From Rhina ancylostomus (taxonomy: Eukaryota), in contig JARFYF010000084.1 of NCBI GenBank assembly GCA_030265395.1, forward strand, positions 43,013,614 through 43,077,613: a DNA stretch of 64,000 nucleotides, written 5' to 3'. Both the position numbers and the translations under genes were made by a program. Below the pieces are notes generated by a model, which was not told the DNA's origin, did no database searches, and was given only the letters and a program-made list of their open reading frames with translations. Below are positions 1 through 13,114 of this stretch, one piece after another (the stretch's first letter is position 1; each line of letters begins with the position of its first letter).

Positions 1-330
1 AAGATTGAGAGGCATAGACAGAGTGGACAGCCAGTATCTTTTCCCCAGGGTGGCAATGGCCAATACTAGAGGTCACCCATTTAAGGTGTGTGGCAGAAAG
101 TTCAGGGGAGATGTCAGAGGTAGGTTTTTTACACAGAAAGTGGTGGGTGCCTGGAATGCACTGCGGGGCTGGTGGTAGGGGCTGATATGATAGGGTCATT
201 TAAGAGACTATTAGATAGGCACATGGATGAATGAAAAATAGGGGATTATGGGAGGTGAAGTAGAGAAGGGGGTTGATTGAATCAGGATAAGGTTTATATA
301 GGTCGCTGGTACATACAGAGTTGGCCACGA
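1..330 (+). mobile_element. CR1 LINE 3' fragment
   Basis: Reads RGIDRVDSQYLFPRVAMANTRGH..., followed by the typical CR1 3' end. Confidence 0.8.
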
Positions 331-2111
331 TTGACAATATGGAAAGGCAATCCAGAAAAGTAAAAGCAAAATATAGGTCCAGAAATTCCAAGGGGCAGCA
401 AGCTGGCTGCACGTGATACGTTCCCATCCAAGTCTGACCATATCTGGAGCAAATCTGCCAGCAACAGCTTCCTTGACGATGGCAACTCTAATGTGGTCAT
501 TGCAGCTGTGCATAGTGCCATCGAGGTAAAAATAGCATAATTTGGAGGAGCCTGAACCAGTTCCCACCTATAAAAATGCTTTGACAGGGCTTTAAGTCAG
601 GCTGAATCAGCTGTCAAGCCAACAGAAATGTCTCTAACATTTTTGAAGATTCAAAAATTATTTTTAAAAACTTCTAAAGTAGTTTAAAGTATTTTAATTT
701 GTTGAAAAAACAAATGAGAACTCTTAAAATCAATTAAAGATGTTTAGTGCAGTTCAGTTCCAAAATTGTAAATTATCTTAAACCTGCCGTTCTTCCTCTC
801 AGCTCGGTGACTCCATTGAAATGAATGGAGTGTCTGAAGCTGTGCCTGATCCGGACTAGCATAGGTTCATGACTGCTGGGAAGTTGCAGTATTGCTCCTG
901 GTGTCCGGAAGGAGTCCAGTGTTGGAGACCTATCAGGAAATCAGTAAGGACCCCACAGCAAGTTTAGGAATTGAGTGTTCATGCATACTGATGGGGGAAT
1001 CCTAAACTTCCCGACAGTTACACAGGAACATGGCAGCAGTTCCAAGTGGAGCTGGCAATCTTTCTTAGGAAAATGCAGGCCCTGGTTTAAATTGTAACTG
1101 AAGTTTAAAAAAAAGCACTTCACAGCATGTTTATTGCTCTGAGTGTGAGTGAGAGATCATTTTATTTTTCTTCCTTTTCTTAAAGGATTCCAGAAGTTAC
1201 AGTTCAGCATAAGAAGCCCCTCAGTCACTGATGTGACAACAGCAATCAGAGAAACATGGAATCCACACTGAGTTCATAAAGCATTTATATTTGTTGGGTT
1301 TGACTAGACTCCAGCTATGTGTGTATTGAGATAGTTTCCTTCTAACAGTTTGTTGCTGAAAGAATCGCACTTCAACACAAGCACTTATATGAGAGTTTAA
1401 ATGTGTTCAACAGCCACTCTTTGTTGCCAATATGGAAACAGCTGTACAGCCAGCACAATATGTCCACTGTTAGAATATGGCTTTCAGCCACAACACTTTT
1501 CTAAAAGTAGCTTACAATTAGATTGCGGCTTGATAGCATCTAAATTNNNNNNNNNNTTCATTCCTTCTTAAAGGGGCTAGCCCTTGAATTAAAGGGAGTG
1601 CCACGAACATTCACTTTGGAGTTGTGATTCACACTCCCACCTTGACCAACCAGTTTAATTGCCACTGAATATTCATTCAATAGATACTACCCTTTCAGTC
1701 TGTTTCTTCTTTCTCCACTGTCTACCTAAAAGAAAGTCCATATCCAAGAAGGCTTTCCTCTGGAAATTCAGCTAGAAGGCTGTCAGAACTTAGGAACTGA
1801 GTTTAATGAATTAGCAAAAGTTAAATTGAAATTTAGGATCTCCCGTTCTCTGATGTCAGTTCTGATTCTAGTGCACTGCAGGGAATGCTGAGTGGCCAAA
1901 CCAGAGACACTTAAATAAACTCTGCAGGTCCTAGATGAATGTTGCACCATGGTGGATCCAAAGATTTGTGGTACCACCACTTTGAACTTCCCAAGTGCCC
2001 AAGGATCATAGTGTTGCACTTTTTCAGGGATGCACATATGCCATCCAGGAGGAAAACCTGGCCTGGGAGGTCAACGGGGAAAGGACCAGCAGTCTTAATC
2101 ATAGGCAGATC

Positions 2112-2203
2112 TAATCTCGACCTCCCTTACCCATAGCACTTACCTGATCATCAACCCAAGTTCATGATCAGGTAAGTGCTATGGGTAAGGTAGGTCGAGA
2201 TTA
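2112..2203. repeat. Near-perfect 40-bp inverted repeat with 12-nt spacer
   Basis: 2112-2151 is the reverse complement of 2164-2203 with one mismatch. Confidence 0.95.
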
Positions 2204-2229
2204 AGGCTTTGTAGAATTGCTGGGGAGCA

Positions 2230-3045
2230 GATCAGTGTATAGTCTGGTCCTAAAAAGAATGCTAGGTGGGAGGTAGGGGCAGAGCAATGCCAGAGGGAGG
2301 TTGGGGAGGGAGAGAGCAGTGGGTGGGAGAATCAGGGCTTGAAAAGAATAGAGGATCCTAGTGGATGAGTGATTGGAGACAGGGATAGATATCAGAACCT
2401 GGACTGATTAGAGGATTGGGTGGTACTGGGGGCATGAGGAGCAAGGAGGACACTGGGAATGGGGTGCAGTTGCAACAGGGGGCCAATCAGAGTATTGGAG
2501 AGGGGTTGCTACATCTGATTCCATGGAAAGTACTTTCTCAGACACAAAGGACTACCAGTGCTGGATTCTGATAAGTAAAGGAAGTGATAATGGGAACCAG
2601 TAGGGGAGACTGAACAGCAGATGGAACCAAAACCAGATAGGGCAGGGGGGATCATTTTGGTGAACTGTGCATGTAGTCGGTGGATGGAACCAGGAGGACA
2701 AGGGGGACAAAGGTGGGTGACAGAGGACTGCGGACTGGGTTGGTGGTGGGGGGGTAGGGGAGGGCATTGAGGGAGAGGGGACAAAAATGGGAGGATCGGA
2801 AGGAGAAAGAAAGGGAGGGGGGGAAAGGGAAAACAACCCACTGGAGGAGAAGGTTACCTAAAACTGGAAAATTCAATGTTCATGCCATTAAGTTGTAGAC
2901 TACCCAGGTGAAATATGAGGTGTTATTCCTCTAGTTTGTGTTGGGCTTCATCCTGGCAGTAGAGAAGGCCAAGGATGGTTGGTCATTGTAACAATGAGAA
3001 TGGGAATTGACATGGCATGCAATTAGGAGCTCAGGATGGCCATTG
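2230..3045 (-). mobile_element. Penelope-like element, endonuclease C-terminus plus purine/pyrimidine-skewed tail
   Basis: Minus strand around 2855-2930 reads ...LGSLQLNGMNIEFSSFR*, the C-terminus of PLE GIY-YIG proteins. Similar to the copy at 59790-60690. Confidence 0.7.
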
Positions 3046-3046
3046 T

Positions 3047-3275
3047 GAATTTGTGGAATGCACTGCCTCAGAGGGCAGTGGAGGCCAATTCTCTGGGCAC
3101 TTTCAAGAAGGAGCTAGATAGGTTTCTTATAGATAGGGGAATCAAGGGATATGGGGACAAGGCAGGAACAGGATATTGATTGTTGAGGATCAGCCATGAT
3201 CTCAAAATGGCGGTGCAGACTCGAAGGGCCGAATGGTCTACTTCTGCTCCTATTGTCTATTGTTTATTGTCTATT
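3047..3275 (+). mobile_element. CR1 LINE 3' end with (tattg/tc)n-type tail
   Basis: gtgaatttgtggaatgcactgcctcagagggcagtggaggcc...gggccgaatggtctacttctgctcctattgtctattg. Confidence 0.8.
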
Positions 3276-4094
3276 GTCAAAGACTTGGATGAGAATTTCA
3301 GCAGAAAAGGAGCTGGGAGTGGTGGAAATTTAAATTAGTAATGTAAACTTGTGGCCAAGACATTACAGTTGGCATGACTCTGACACACATGTTCAATCAC
3401 AGTCATGGATGTTCAAGTTTGCTTGGCCATGGCAAATAGATTGATGATACATAGAACTGTAACATTTGTGCAATTTCTTAATCGATTTTCTTGTTTCTTT
3501 TACTCACAAGAACACTGGTTTTGGTAAGAACGTGGCAACAATTTCTGTGTAGTTTCCACCGTGGATCTGGATGATGATGTAGACCCGGTGAGGGATACTG
3601 GGGAAGTAAGTCTGCCCGGATGGGACACTGGAACCCACCTACTTGGACTCACGCATGTGGTTTTACAGGCAAAGGTGACAGATGCTTTTCCAAAATGGCG
3701 AGTGGGATATACATAGGGATTGTATCCCAGAGGTAGAATGGCTTCCATATTGATAAAGAGACAGAAGGAGGCATCCAGTGCCAGTGCTTGAAACAGGACT
3801 AGATAGGATCCTTTATCTATGCAAAGGAAATGGGCTGGTTACAGATGTGTGGAGGGATTCTCTTCCAAACAGTGTTGTTGGGCATCATTTCTCTTCTCAA
3901 CTCCACTCCAATGCAGGAGTTCTTCTCCTGTGTCCACTGCTGTGCAGAATTTCCTTGCACATCACTACTATAGTGCAGGAATTCTCTTCCTGGCTGTAAT
4001 GTAATGCTGGAATTGTCTTCTTGGAGACAATTCTAGCACTGCATTACAATGCAGGAATTCCAGTCCTGCAATACAATTCCAATCCTGGAATTTC

Positions 4095-4215
4095 AGGAAA
4101 CAAATATAGTGCATCTGATGCTATGTGCCTGTGATGCTGCTGCAAGTAAGTTTTTCATTGTCCCTGTGCACACACGTACTTGTGCATGTGGCAATAAGCT
4201 CGACTTTGACTTTGA
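4095..4215 (+). mobile_element. Rex1/Babar-type LINE 3' tail fragment
   Basis: gcaagtaagtttttcattg...gtgcatgtggcaataagctcgactttgacttt resembles the tail of the 22960-23445 element. Confidence 0.5.
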
Positions 4216-4309
4216 GGGCCATTCATTTAAGACTATCTGGAGAAATTTCTGCAGTTTGAGGTTTTCTATCCCAGAGCATAAATCATAGAGTAGATTGAAG
4301 TAGATTGAT

Positions 4310-4695
4310 TCATTCATAAGTCAAAGTATTGAGTATAGGAGTTGGGATGTTATGGTGAGGTTGTATAAGACATTGGTGAGGCCAAATTTGGAGTATTNNN
4401 NNNNNNNNNNNNNNNNNNNNNNNNNNNNNNNNNNNNNNNNNNNNNNNNNNNNNNNNNNNNNNNNNNNNNNNNNNNNNNNNNNNNNNNNNNNNNNNNNGGG
4501 ACCACTGAATGCAATAGATGAGATTGAAGGAGATGTACATGAACCTTTGCCTCACCTGGAAGGGCTGTTTAAGTCCCTGGATGGTGGTGAGGGAGGAGGT
4601 ATAAGGGCAAGTGTAACACCTCCTGTGACTGCAAGGAAAAGTGCCAGAAGTCAGGGAGGGTGGGCGGGGAGAGATGAGCGGACCAGGGAGTCATG
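4310..4695. mobile_element. CR1 fragment (+, 4310-4397) and Penelope fragment (-, 4498-4695) either side of a gap
   Basis: MVRLYKTLVRPNLEY (CR1 RT C-terminal region) on +; QVRQRFMYISFNLIYCIQW (start of PLE GIY-YIG) on -. Confidence 0.7.
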
Positions 4696-6462
4696 GTATT
4701 GCTTGCTTGCAAAATATTTTCCACACAATGTTTACACCTGAACAGCTGGGAGATAAAAGAGCCTTCCAAATTGCTTCTCTTTGCTGTAAAATATATTAGA
4801 ATAATTTACTATTGAGCAACATAAACAAAAAATTGCTTTCCTATTATTTGCTGCCCTTAACTATTTAATCAGCAATCTCTATTACATGACTAACCATGTT
4901 GCTAATCCCACCCCTTACACATTGCCCAATAACCTCCTTTAAAGTGGTGCCATTGATATTTATTTTGTGGCCCTATCCATGGGTAGATAAATCTTAAAGT
5001 CTATGTTAGAATATAAACTGGTGTGAATGTTCCTCTTCTTTCCATTCCTTCCTGCCATGGCCCCAGCACTCGAATGATTATCCTTTTCATGCTACCATTA
5101 TCTACTCCCTGTCTCTCACTGGTGTAATGACTGACTCAGATTCTCTCTCAAAAAGACATTCCGCCTCTTGCTAGATTCCCTCCATTTTCTCCCAAGTCAT
5201 GGAGGTTCTGTGGATCAAACACCCAGAACTGTGGGGCATATCTTGATCTTTCCCCAGTCTGAAGCTCTGCAGCACTGGTAAATCCTTGCAAAGTGTGTTC
5301 TCTTGTCTTCCATCTTTATTGACAAGTTCTTTAGAAGTAATGGAAATTCTCATGATCCAGATACTAATGCTTCATTATAAACTACTAATGTCATTTACAA
5401 AGCTGTCTTCTGTTTCTCACATTTTGTTGTTCCATGAGGAATGAAGTGCTATGGGAATCATTATTCACCATCTATTAGTCACGGTGTTGTGCATTATTTT
5501 GAGGTATTTCTCGAGTGCACTTATGATTACATAACACAATGTTAAACACATCATTCAGGGTGGGGAACTTGGAATGATTATAAATACTGAACTACTGATA
5601 TTGCAGAAAGGGTGGGTGAGTGCATGAATTAAACTCAAAAGTATTTTATTCTTTTCTTTTTATACAGACTTTGGTGTAACTGTAATATGTTCGTAAAAGT
5701 GATCACAGGAGGTCAGAATAATACTGATAAAAGTAACAATACGTTCTCAGATTTTGGGGAGAAAGTTTTGAAACTATTTTGTAGACAATATAGAGACAAT
5801 TCAAGAAACTATTTTGTGCACAACACTGTTTGAAATTAGTGTAGCAAGCCTACCTGGTAATGTATTGACAGCAGATAAAATGATGAGATGCATTTTTCTG
5901 CTGATGAGTAAGATCAGTGACAAAACTTGGATTCTAACAACTTGAATAATGCTTCTCGCTATAAAAAATATGGAACAAAACTCACATTACTCATCATGAT
6001 CTATGGGAAATACATAAATTATAACTATGCTAACCAATACTTTTTGTCCTAGATTCCAGCATCTGCAGTCTGTTTTGTGATGATTTACCACTAATCATCA
6101 ATGTGAAGTATAGTGGCACAGTATTGATGTGTCATGATATCTTCTCATTACAGTAATAAACATTGATAAAATGCTCTTTCCTTAATATTCTACCAACCAT
6201 TCTAAAATTCTCCTGTGTGTAATCTCACCCTTAAAACAATGAAGGGATCCAAATAAAGAACAGTGTAACATTTCTGTGTATTATTTACTTCCAATACTTA
6301 TTCCATTTATTTTAATATTTTTCAGTAGGAAGAACCTCACTTCTGAACAATTTGTTTCTTTATATTTACTAGTGTTTTATTATCAATTAGTGTGTAGAAT
6401 TCATTAATTGGGCTTTTAACCCTTATGTTTATGAACACTAATATGAAGGGTAACATTTTTCA

Positions 6463-6594
6463 AATGATGCAGGGTTTCGACCCGAAATATCGACAATTCC
6501 TTCCCCCCACTGGTGCTGCTTGACCTGCTGAGTTCTTTCAGCAGACTGTTTGTTGCTCCAGGTTCCAGCATCTGCATTCTCTTGTGTCCCTGTC
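6463..6594 (+). mobile_element. Short Penelope-derived non-autonomous element with 12-bp TSD
   Basis: Flanked by TAACATTTTTCA at 6451-6462 and 6595-6606. Body reads tgatgcagggtttcgacccgaaatatcgac...ctgctgagttc...ccagcatctgca. Confidence 0.8.
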
Positions 6595-7099
6595 TAACAT
6601 TTTTCAGGATCTTTTTGTATTTTTCATGCTCAGTAATATCAATACTTCCACCAGGTAATCATTAAAACCAGAAGGTGGATTTTTCTTTTAAACAGTACAG
6701 TCCATTCATCCCAGTTTGCTCTATCTGTTTATGTCCAGATACTTGGTCAGTTCCAATAACTGCATCCAAAATGTGTCAATTCTGTTGGCTTTGTTTAGCA
6801 TAGAGGGTAATCGAAGCAGAACATTTAAGAAATAGGGCAAAGTGGTGGGACGACTTCCATATTTACATATTTGGGCAGTAAGGGGTTTTACATGAGATTA
6901 GGTAAGCTTGCAGCCACATATTCTTTCCATCATTGTGCCTACTTACTTACAGCTCTATTACATTGCCTACCTCTGTCCATGTTTTGACTCATCCATTTCT
7001 TTGTTACATCTGGACTGGGCAATTCTAACATTCCTCTGAACAACTTTTCCATCTTTCATCCTCTGTAATCATAAACTAATTGAAACTCTTAAATCTGAA

Positions 7100-7500
7100 A
7101 CCCAACTTCCCACCACACTCCTGAGCTCACTGACCTCCATATATTCCCCGGACAGCAACCCTTTGATTTTAAAATTCTGATCCTTGCTTTCACTTCCTTG
7201 CATAGTTTCCCTCGTTCCTGTCTTTGTAGCCTTACAGCTTCCCTGAAGTGTCTGTGCTCTTCCAATTCTAGTGTCTTGTACATTCATAGTTTTAATCATT
7301 CTAAATTGGCATTGTGCCTTCAACTTGCTGGGCCATGAGTCCCGGAACTCTTTTCCAAAGCCTCTCTGGCTCCCTAGCTTCTTCATTCCTCCTACAAGTT
7401 GCTGCAGAAATCTAACTCTTTAACCCAAATTTTAGTTACATGTCCTGATGTCTCCTTATTTGGCTCAATATTTGTTAACTTTTCTGTAAAACACCTTGGA
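7100..7500 (+). mobile_element. L2-type LINE 3' fragment
   Basis: ctcactgacctccat...tttgattttaaaattctgatccttgctttc resembles the L2 C-terminal LHWLP..IDFKILIL motif. Confidence 0.55.
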
Positions 7501-7987
7501 ATATATTGACATTTTTCTCCATAAAAGATGTTATTTTAATCCCATGGTTTTTTTTAGTATGTTACATGCCAGCCATTTTCAGGAAAAGCAGATGGAAAGC
7601 AAATCAACTTTCTTTTNNNNNNNNNNNNNNNNNNNNNNNNNNNNNNNNNNNNNNNNNNNNNNNNNNNNNNNNNNNNNNNNNNNNNNNNNNNNNNNNNNNN
7701 NNNNNNNNNNNNNNNNTTTTAAATCCTAGTACTGATTTTTGTTCAAGTGTACTGATTTTACAAGGATTAGACTGAAGTCCAGGGCCCACCTGAGTTCATC
7801 ATTTCACACTCTGCAGGAAGTTCTGGGCTTCTGTTCTGTGTATTTCACTGCTCAGCATTGTTGATTAGATGCAAACCATCTTCAGTAACAACGGTACTGT
7901 CTCAATTTAGATATTTTTCAGATTGTAGGTGGCAGAAATGAATAATCCATCATTAACAAATGCAACTTTAAATGGGTTTCTTAATAA

Positions 7988-8116
<129 letters not shown>

Positions 8117-8597
8117 TAAGTGTAGAATTCTTCAAGTTCCCATACAAATTTGGCTGATTTATGTATCATTACTCTGTTCAGATATGGCTTCAGAAGAAAT
8201 ATCATGGTAATATACTTTGGAATGAGGCTTTATGGCCATTTCATGGAAATTTTAGCCCTTTAATAAATGTTTTTATTACTTTTAAATCATAAACTTTCCT
8301 TTAGTTGAGGCTAACCAGACCAAAGATGCCATTACCGTAATCCCACAGCATGTAAGGTCTAAAGTTAACATTGCAATCCCTCCAGTTGGCAGTCAGCTTT
8401 GCTGTCAGTTTTATCCATGAAGTATCCTTGGTCTATAATGTTTTTCTGGACTGTATTATTTAATATTGTAAAGAATTCCAATGGCTCAATGATTTTTATG
8501 AGAAGGGTTAAAGAGTTATAGCTTTACAAGAATCTGCAATGGTAAAATTAGTGACTCAGTAAAAATTATACCAAAAATTTCAATTATGTTACAAAAG

Positions 8598-8780
8598 AAC
8601 ATAAGAACATAAGAAATAGGAGCAGGAGGAGGCCATCTGGCCCATTGAGCCTGCTCCGCCATTCAATAGGATCATGGCTGATCTGGCCTTGAACTCAGAT
8701 CCACCTACCTGCCTTTTCCCCTTAACCCTTAATACTAGGCAAAAATATAACTAACTGTGTCTTAAATATATTTAATGTGT
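8598..8780 (-). mobile_element. CR1 3' end
   Basis: aacataagaacataagaaataggagcaggaggaggccatctggccc... is the reverse complement of a CR1 tail. Confidence 0.8.
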
Positions 8781-9465
8781 GATTTTAATAATCAAACCTT
8801 GAACACTCAGGATTATAATCCATGGTGGCTTAACTATTGCCAGCAGAAAAGTAAGGGGTCCTTTTAGATTTTATTAAAACTATTCAAAAATGTTTCAACA
8901 GTGAGTAGAAACATATTTTTGCATTAATTAATGAATACATTGTCACAGAAGACAGAGAATGGAGATCAAGGTGAAAGTGCCAAGATATCTGGGTTTTATT
9001 GTATCTGAGTGATAATTATTACAACATCCTCTTGCCAAAATTGTATTTTGCAGTGAACACAAGAAAGTTCAGTCAATGGCAATTTGCATAAATTGAACAA
9101 TTCCTCAATTTGAACAAGATTACTAAAACTGTGATTTCAAAAGCATGTCGACAGTGAAAGTGTTATACAATAACTAATCATCTACATCACAGTAAGCCAT
9201 CAAGTTTTAAAACTTAAAAAAGATCATCTGACCAGCTGATTCCAAACTATTTAATTATACACAGTAAGAGAGACAATGTCTCCTCAGAATCTAAGAACTG
9301 ATAAGTGTGGTGCACAGTACTTTTTTTCTTATTTGTGCATTTTGTCACAATTTATTTTCAGACCCAGCTTTATTTTTGGTACTCCACCAAAATAGCCATT
9401 CCTATTCAGGTAGACATTGAATGTCACAATAGGCTGTTCACCAATGAAGAATCAAAGCTGAACCA

Positions 9466-9950
9466 GTGTAGGAAAAATTTACAGGAATGTTGCCAGGACT
9501 TGAGGAACTAAGTTATAGGGAGAGGTTGGACAGGCTAGGACTTTATTCCTTAGACCATAGGAGCCTGAGAGGTGATCTTAAATAGGTGTATAAAATCAAG
9601 AGGGTCATAGATAGGGTGAATGCACTCATTTTTTTTCCCAGGGTTGATGGATCAAGAACTTGAGGGCATAAGTTTAAGGTAAGAGGGTAAAGATTTAATA
9701 GGAACTTGAGAGGCAACTCTTTTCATAAAGGGCGGTATCAATGTGGAATGAGCTGCCAGAGGAAGTGGTTGACACAGGTATATTAACAGCTTTTAAAAGA
9801 CAGTTGGACAAGTACATGGATTGGAAATGTTTCAAAGATTTTGGGCCAAAGGCTGGCAAGTGGAACTAGCTTGGATAGGGCATCTTGGTCAGCATGCCCC
9901 AATTGGGCCAAAGGGCCTGTTTCTGTGCTGTATAACTCAGTGACTCCATC
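9466..9950 (+). mobile_element. CR1 LINE 3' fragment
   Basis: Reads FTGMLPGLEELSYRERLDRLGLYSL, then the CR1 tail gggcctgtttctgtgctgtataactc. Confidence 0.85.
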
Positions 9951-10109
9951 TGTGACTCAGGCACTACATTGATCAAAATCTACACCTATGCATTTTCAAC
10001 TAAAATCTNNNNNNNNNNNNNNNNNNNNNNNNNNNNNNNNNNNNNNNNNNNNNNNNNNNNNNNNNNNNNNNNNNNNNNNNNNNNNNNNNNNNNNNNNNNN
10101 NNNNNNNNG

Positions 10110-10298
10110 AACGACTGGGGTGCGCTGCCCCTTTAATAAACACCGTTCCCGCGCTGACGTCACGTGCAGGTCACGTGACCTTCCCACGCATGGGCTCCAC
10201 TAGCCCACAAAGAAGGAGTGCCCCGTGCCATCTTGTGTCGGGGCCTCCGACAACGCTCGCGATCGTGGGAGCCGGTTCGTGAAAGGTAAGTCGCCACA
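10110..10298 (-). mobile_element. Young CpG-rich LTR end (probably Gypsy-type), truncated by a gap
   Basis: Minus strand begins TGTGGCGAC (LTR-like TG terminus). CpG-dense in AT-rich flanks, with a sharp boundary at 10298; the other end runs into the gap at 10009-10108. Confidence 0.55.
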
Positions 10299-12835
10299 GT
10301 ACATTAATTTGAACTTCAAAAGTTATTTAGTTGGTTTGGACAACTACAGTATGATTTCTGCTTTAGCAATGAATATATAGTCCATAGTCACTATATTGAT
10401 GGTGTCCTCTTTATCATCTCAGCTGAGATTTGAAGAATTCATTTGATGAATCCATCTGTCCTTAGCATATAGAAATCAATAGTAGCAGCTGAAGATGTGC
10501 ATACTAACTTGCAGTGCACTACTAAATGGTAGAAGTATTCCTCAGTTGTTCTTTGCACCACAGAAAATCTTCTCTGGTGAAATTAGTGCAGGCTGCTTCA
10601 TCTAACCAGATAAGATTTTTAATACCAGGAAGGTTACACACTTTTTCCATCAGATCACTGAAACTAATTCAGAAAACCCAAAGATCTGCTGGATTGCATG
10701 TAATGCCATTAAACAAATTGGGTGGAGTAAACTGATCCTTGTCATTCTATTCAGGGGCAAAGCCAACAGGTCTTGGTATGTTGTCATAATTGAGTCCTCT
10801 AGGCCACTTCTCCAGGATAAGCATTCGCTTTTCCAGTGGTTGAGATGATCCTTGCTCCAGTCTACAGCCTGGTGACCTTTTGGAAGATATGTGAAATAAA
10901 TATGTAATTAGAACAATAAAATCCAAAGAAATTAATTTTGTTTTATCAACTATTCTTTTACATATGTTTTTCTGGAATACATTTACTGTAAGGTTGTAAA
11001 AATATGCAGAAAATCAGATCAAAGCAAAAAAGAGGGAAGCCCGGAGAGTGAGTACAAAAGGTAGAGTTTTATTCCCCAAGATTCCATCCTGTTGCTTCAT
11101 ACCTGCCATTCTGTCATTGTGGGTTGGGAGTAGGAAGCTGGAGGCATAGATGGATCTTTTATTCAGTTGAAAGTTGTTAGGTCAAGTCTCTAGAAAGTGG
11201 TTCAGGTACCTCAAAAGATTAGAGTGAAGTGATGTCAGTGGGAATCATTTACAGTACATGTACCTGAAAATGACTCCCTTTGGAACACAGTATTTGCTCT
11301 GCCCTTGGTAGAGTGCCTGTGCACTCCATGCTTAAGGAAGATCAGGATGATGCTGCTGAGGTACTTCTGTCTTCTCTAGCACATCCTACCCTGTCTATGC
11401 TTTTATCCACAGTGTAATGTAGGTTGAGAATTGGTGGATTTACAAACTACTCTGCCACATTTCCTCTGGTGGACCAAGTCCTTTGGAATTTCTGCCTCAA
11501 AATGTCGACTTCTTCCACTTATTCACAACTCCTGCAAATGTTGCAATGAGTGTTATTATGCTAGCATGGAGTTTGGTTTTAAAGTACAATTCAACATATT
11601 GTTTACCTGCTCTATTTTTAGTATATTTATTCATTTCATAACATGGGTTCTCTCAGATACCAAAAGAATTCTTGAGCCTGATTAGAATTGGTCCTTCAAG
11701 TGACAGACAGCACAAGTTGTATAAGATCTTTAGAACTGATGTATTATGTCATTTCAAAGTTCATTGTATTTTTGCTAACTTCATTTTTTTGCATCCAGCC
11801 TTGAATAACTAGCTATATTAATTTATTTAAATAATTGGGTACTAAATGGCTTTCAAAAATACACTAAAGTATTTTTAAAATATTACCAAAACCATCTGAA
11901 AGCATTTATTCTACCACATAAGTATAGAAATGTTTTTCTATAGGTTTAAACACAGCCTCCCCTTCTTCACTGAATTTGGTGTTCTTTTAGAAAATTTACT
12001 GCAGGCTATAACACTCCTTAGAAAAGTTAAATCATTAGAGACCCTATTCCTGATTATTTCTTGATGGATTCTGAAGTTTTCAGAAAATATTGAGTCTGTT
12101 TGCTATTGTTGCAATTTGTTAAAGTACCTTTGGATGTAAATGAATAATTTCAAAAAACTGGTGAAGGTGTTTCCACATAACATTACAAAGGTTAATTTTT
12201 ATTTAATAAATAAGACACATGGTAATTAATTCAGTATTAACACCCTAAATATGTCAACACACCATTCTCTGCAATATTGTGCATTCATTGATCAGCACTG
12301 GAAAATCATTATTGATAGACAAATTTGTTTAAATTATTTACATTTTTTGCATTGCTTCCAACAACAGGAAATAGGGTGCATGATATTTGCAAATAAAATT
12401 TAAGACTTACTGAACTGTGGCTAGAAAGCTCAAGAAATAAAAATGTTACATGGAAATACTTTCAGAATACTTTCAGTCACGTTTCTTGATAAAGCGTTTA
12501 TCAAAAATTATCAGCGGCATTAATTGACACAACCAACTGAGCTCCTGATAGAATACCTGCGATATATTATTCATAAAATGAAAAACATTTCTATGACATG
12601 TGATGCATGATTCAGCTGTATTCAATGCTTCAAAGCTGGCAGTATGCTAACTATATGCTGCATGCAAATTTGCATGATTGTAGCATGCACTCAGCACAAA
12701 GTATATTGTTGAACAGTTGTATGCCTTTACATGGAGCTAAGTGAATGACTGGTTCCACTTCAAGGGGTCATGCATTGTGGGTGCAGCAGGCATGAGCAGG
12801 CGTTCTGAAATTCATTCAAACCTGGAAGATAAAGG

Positions 12836-13107
12836 GGTAAGATTTCTTTATTAGTCACATGTACATTGAAACACACAGTGAAATGCATCTTTACGTAGAG
12901 TGTTCTGTGGTAGCCCACAAGTGTTGCCACGCTTCCAGCACCAACATAGCATGCCCACAACTTCCTAAGCCATACATCTTTGGAATGTGGAAGGAAACCC
13001 ACGCAGTCACGGGGAGAACGTACAAACTCCTTCCGTCTGCAGCCAGAATTGAACCTGGGTCACTGGCACTGTAAGAGCGTTACACTAATCGCTACACCAC
13101 CATGCCT
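12836..13107 (-). mobile_element. tRNA-derived SINE with LINE-like tail
   Basis: Minus strand caggcatggtggtgtagcgattagtgtaacgctc...caggttcaattctg contains Pol III A and B boxes. Same family as 15295-15480 and 37990-38200. Confidence 0.8.
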
Positions 13108-13114
13108 GAATAGC

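Noticed and set aside
3485-3530. Polypyrimidine tract, AG, 13 nt, then GTAAGA, resembling a microexon
   Set aside because: Not frame-preserving, AAG is a weak acceptor, and there is no homology support.
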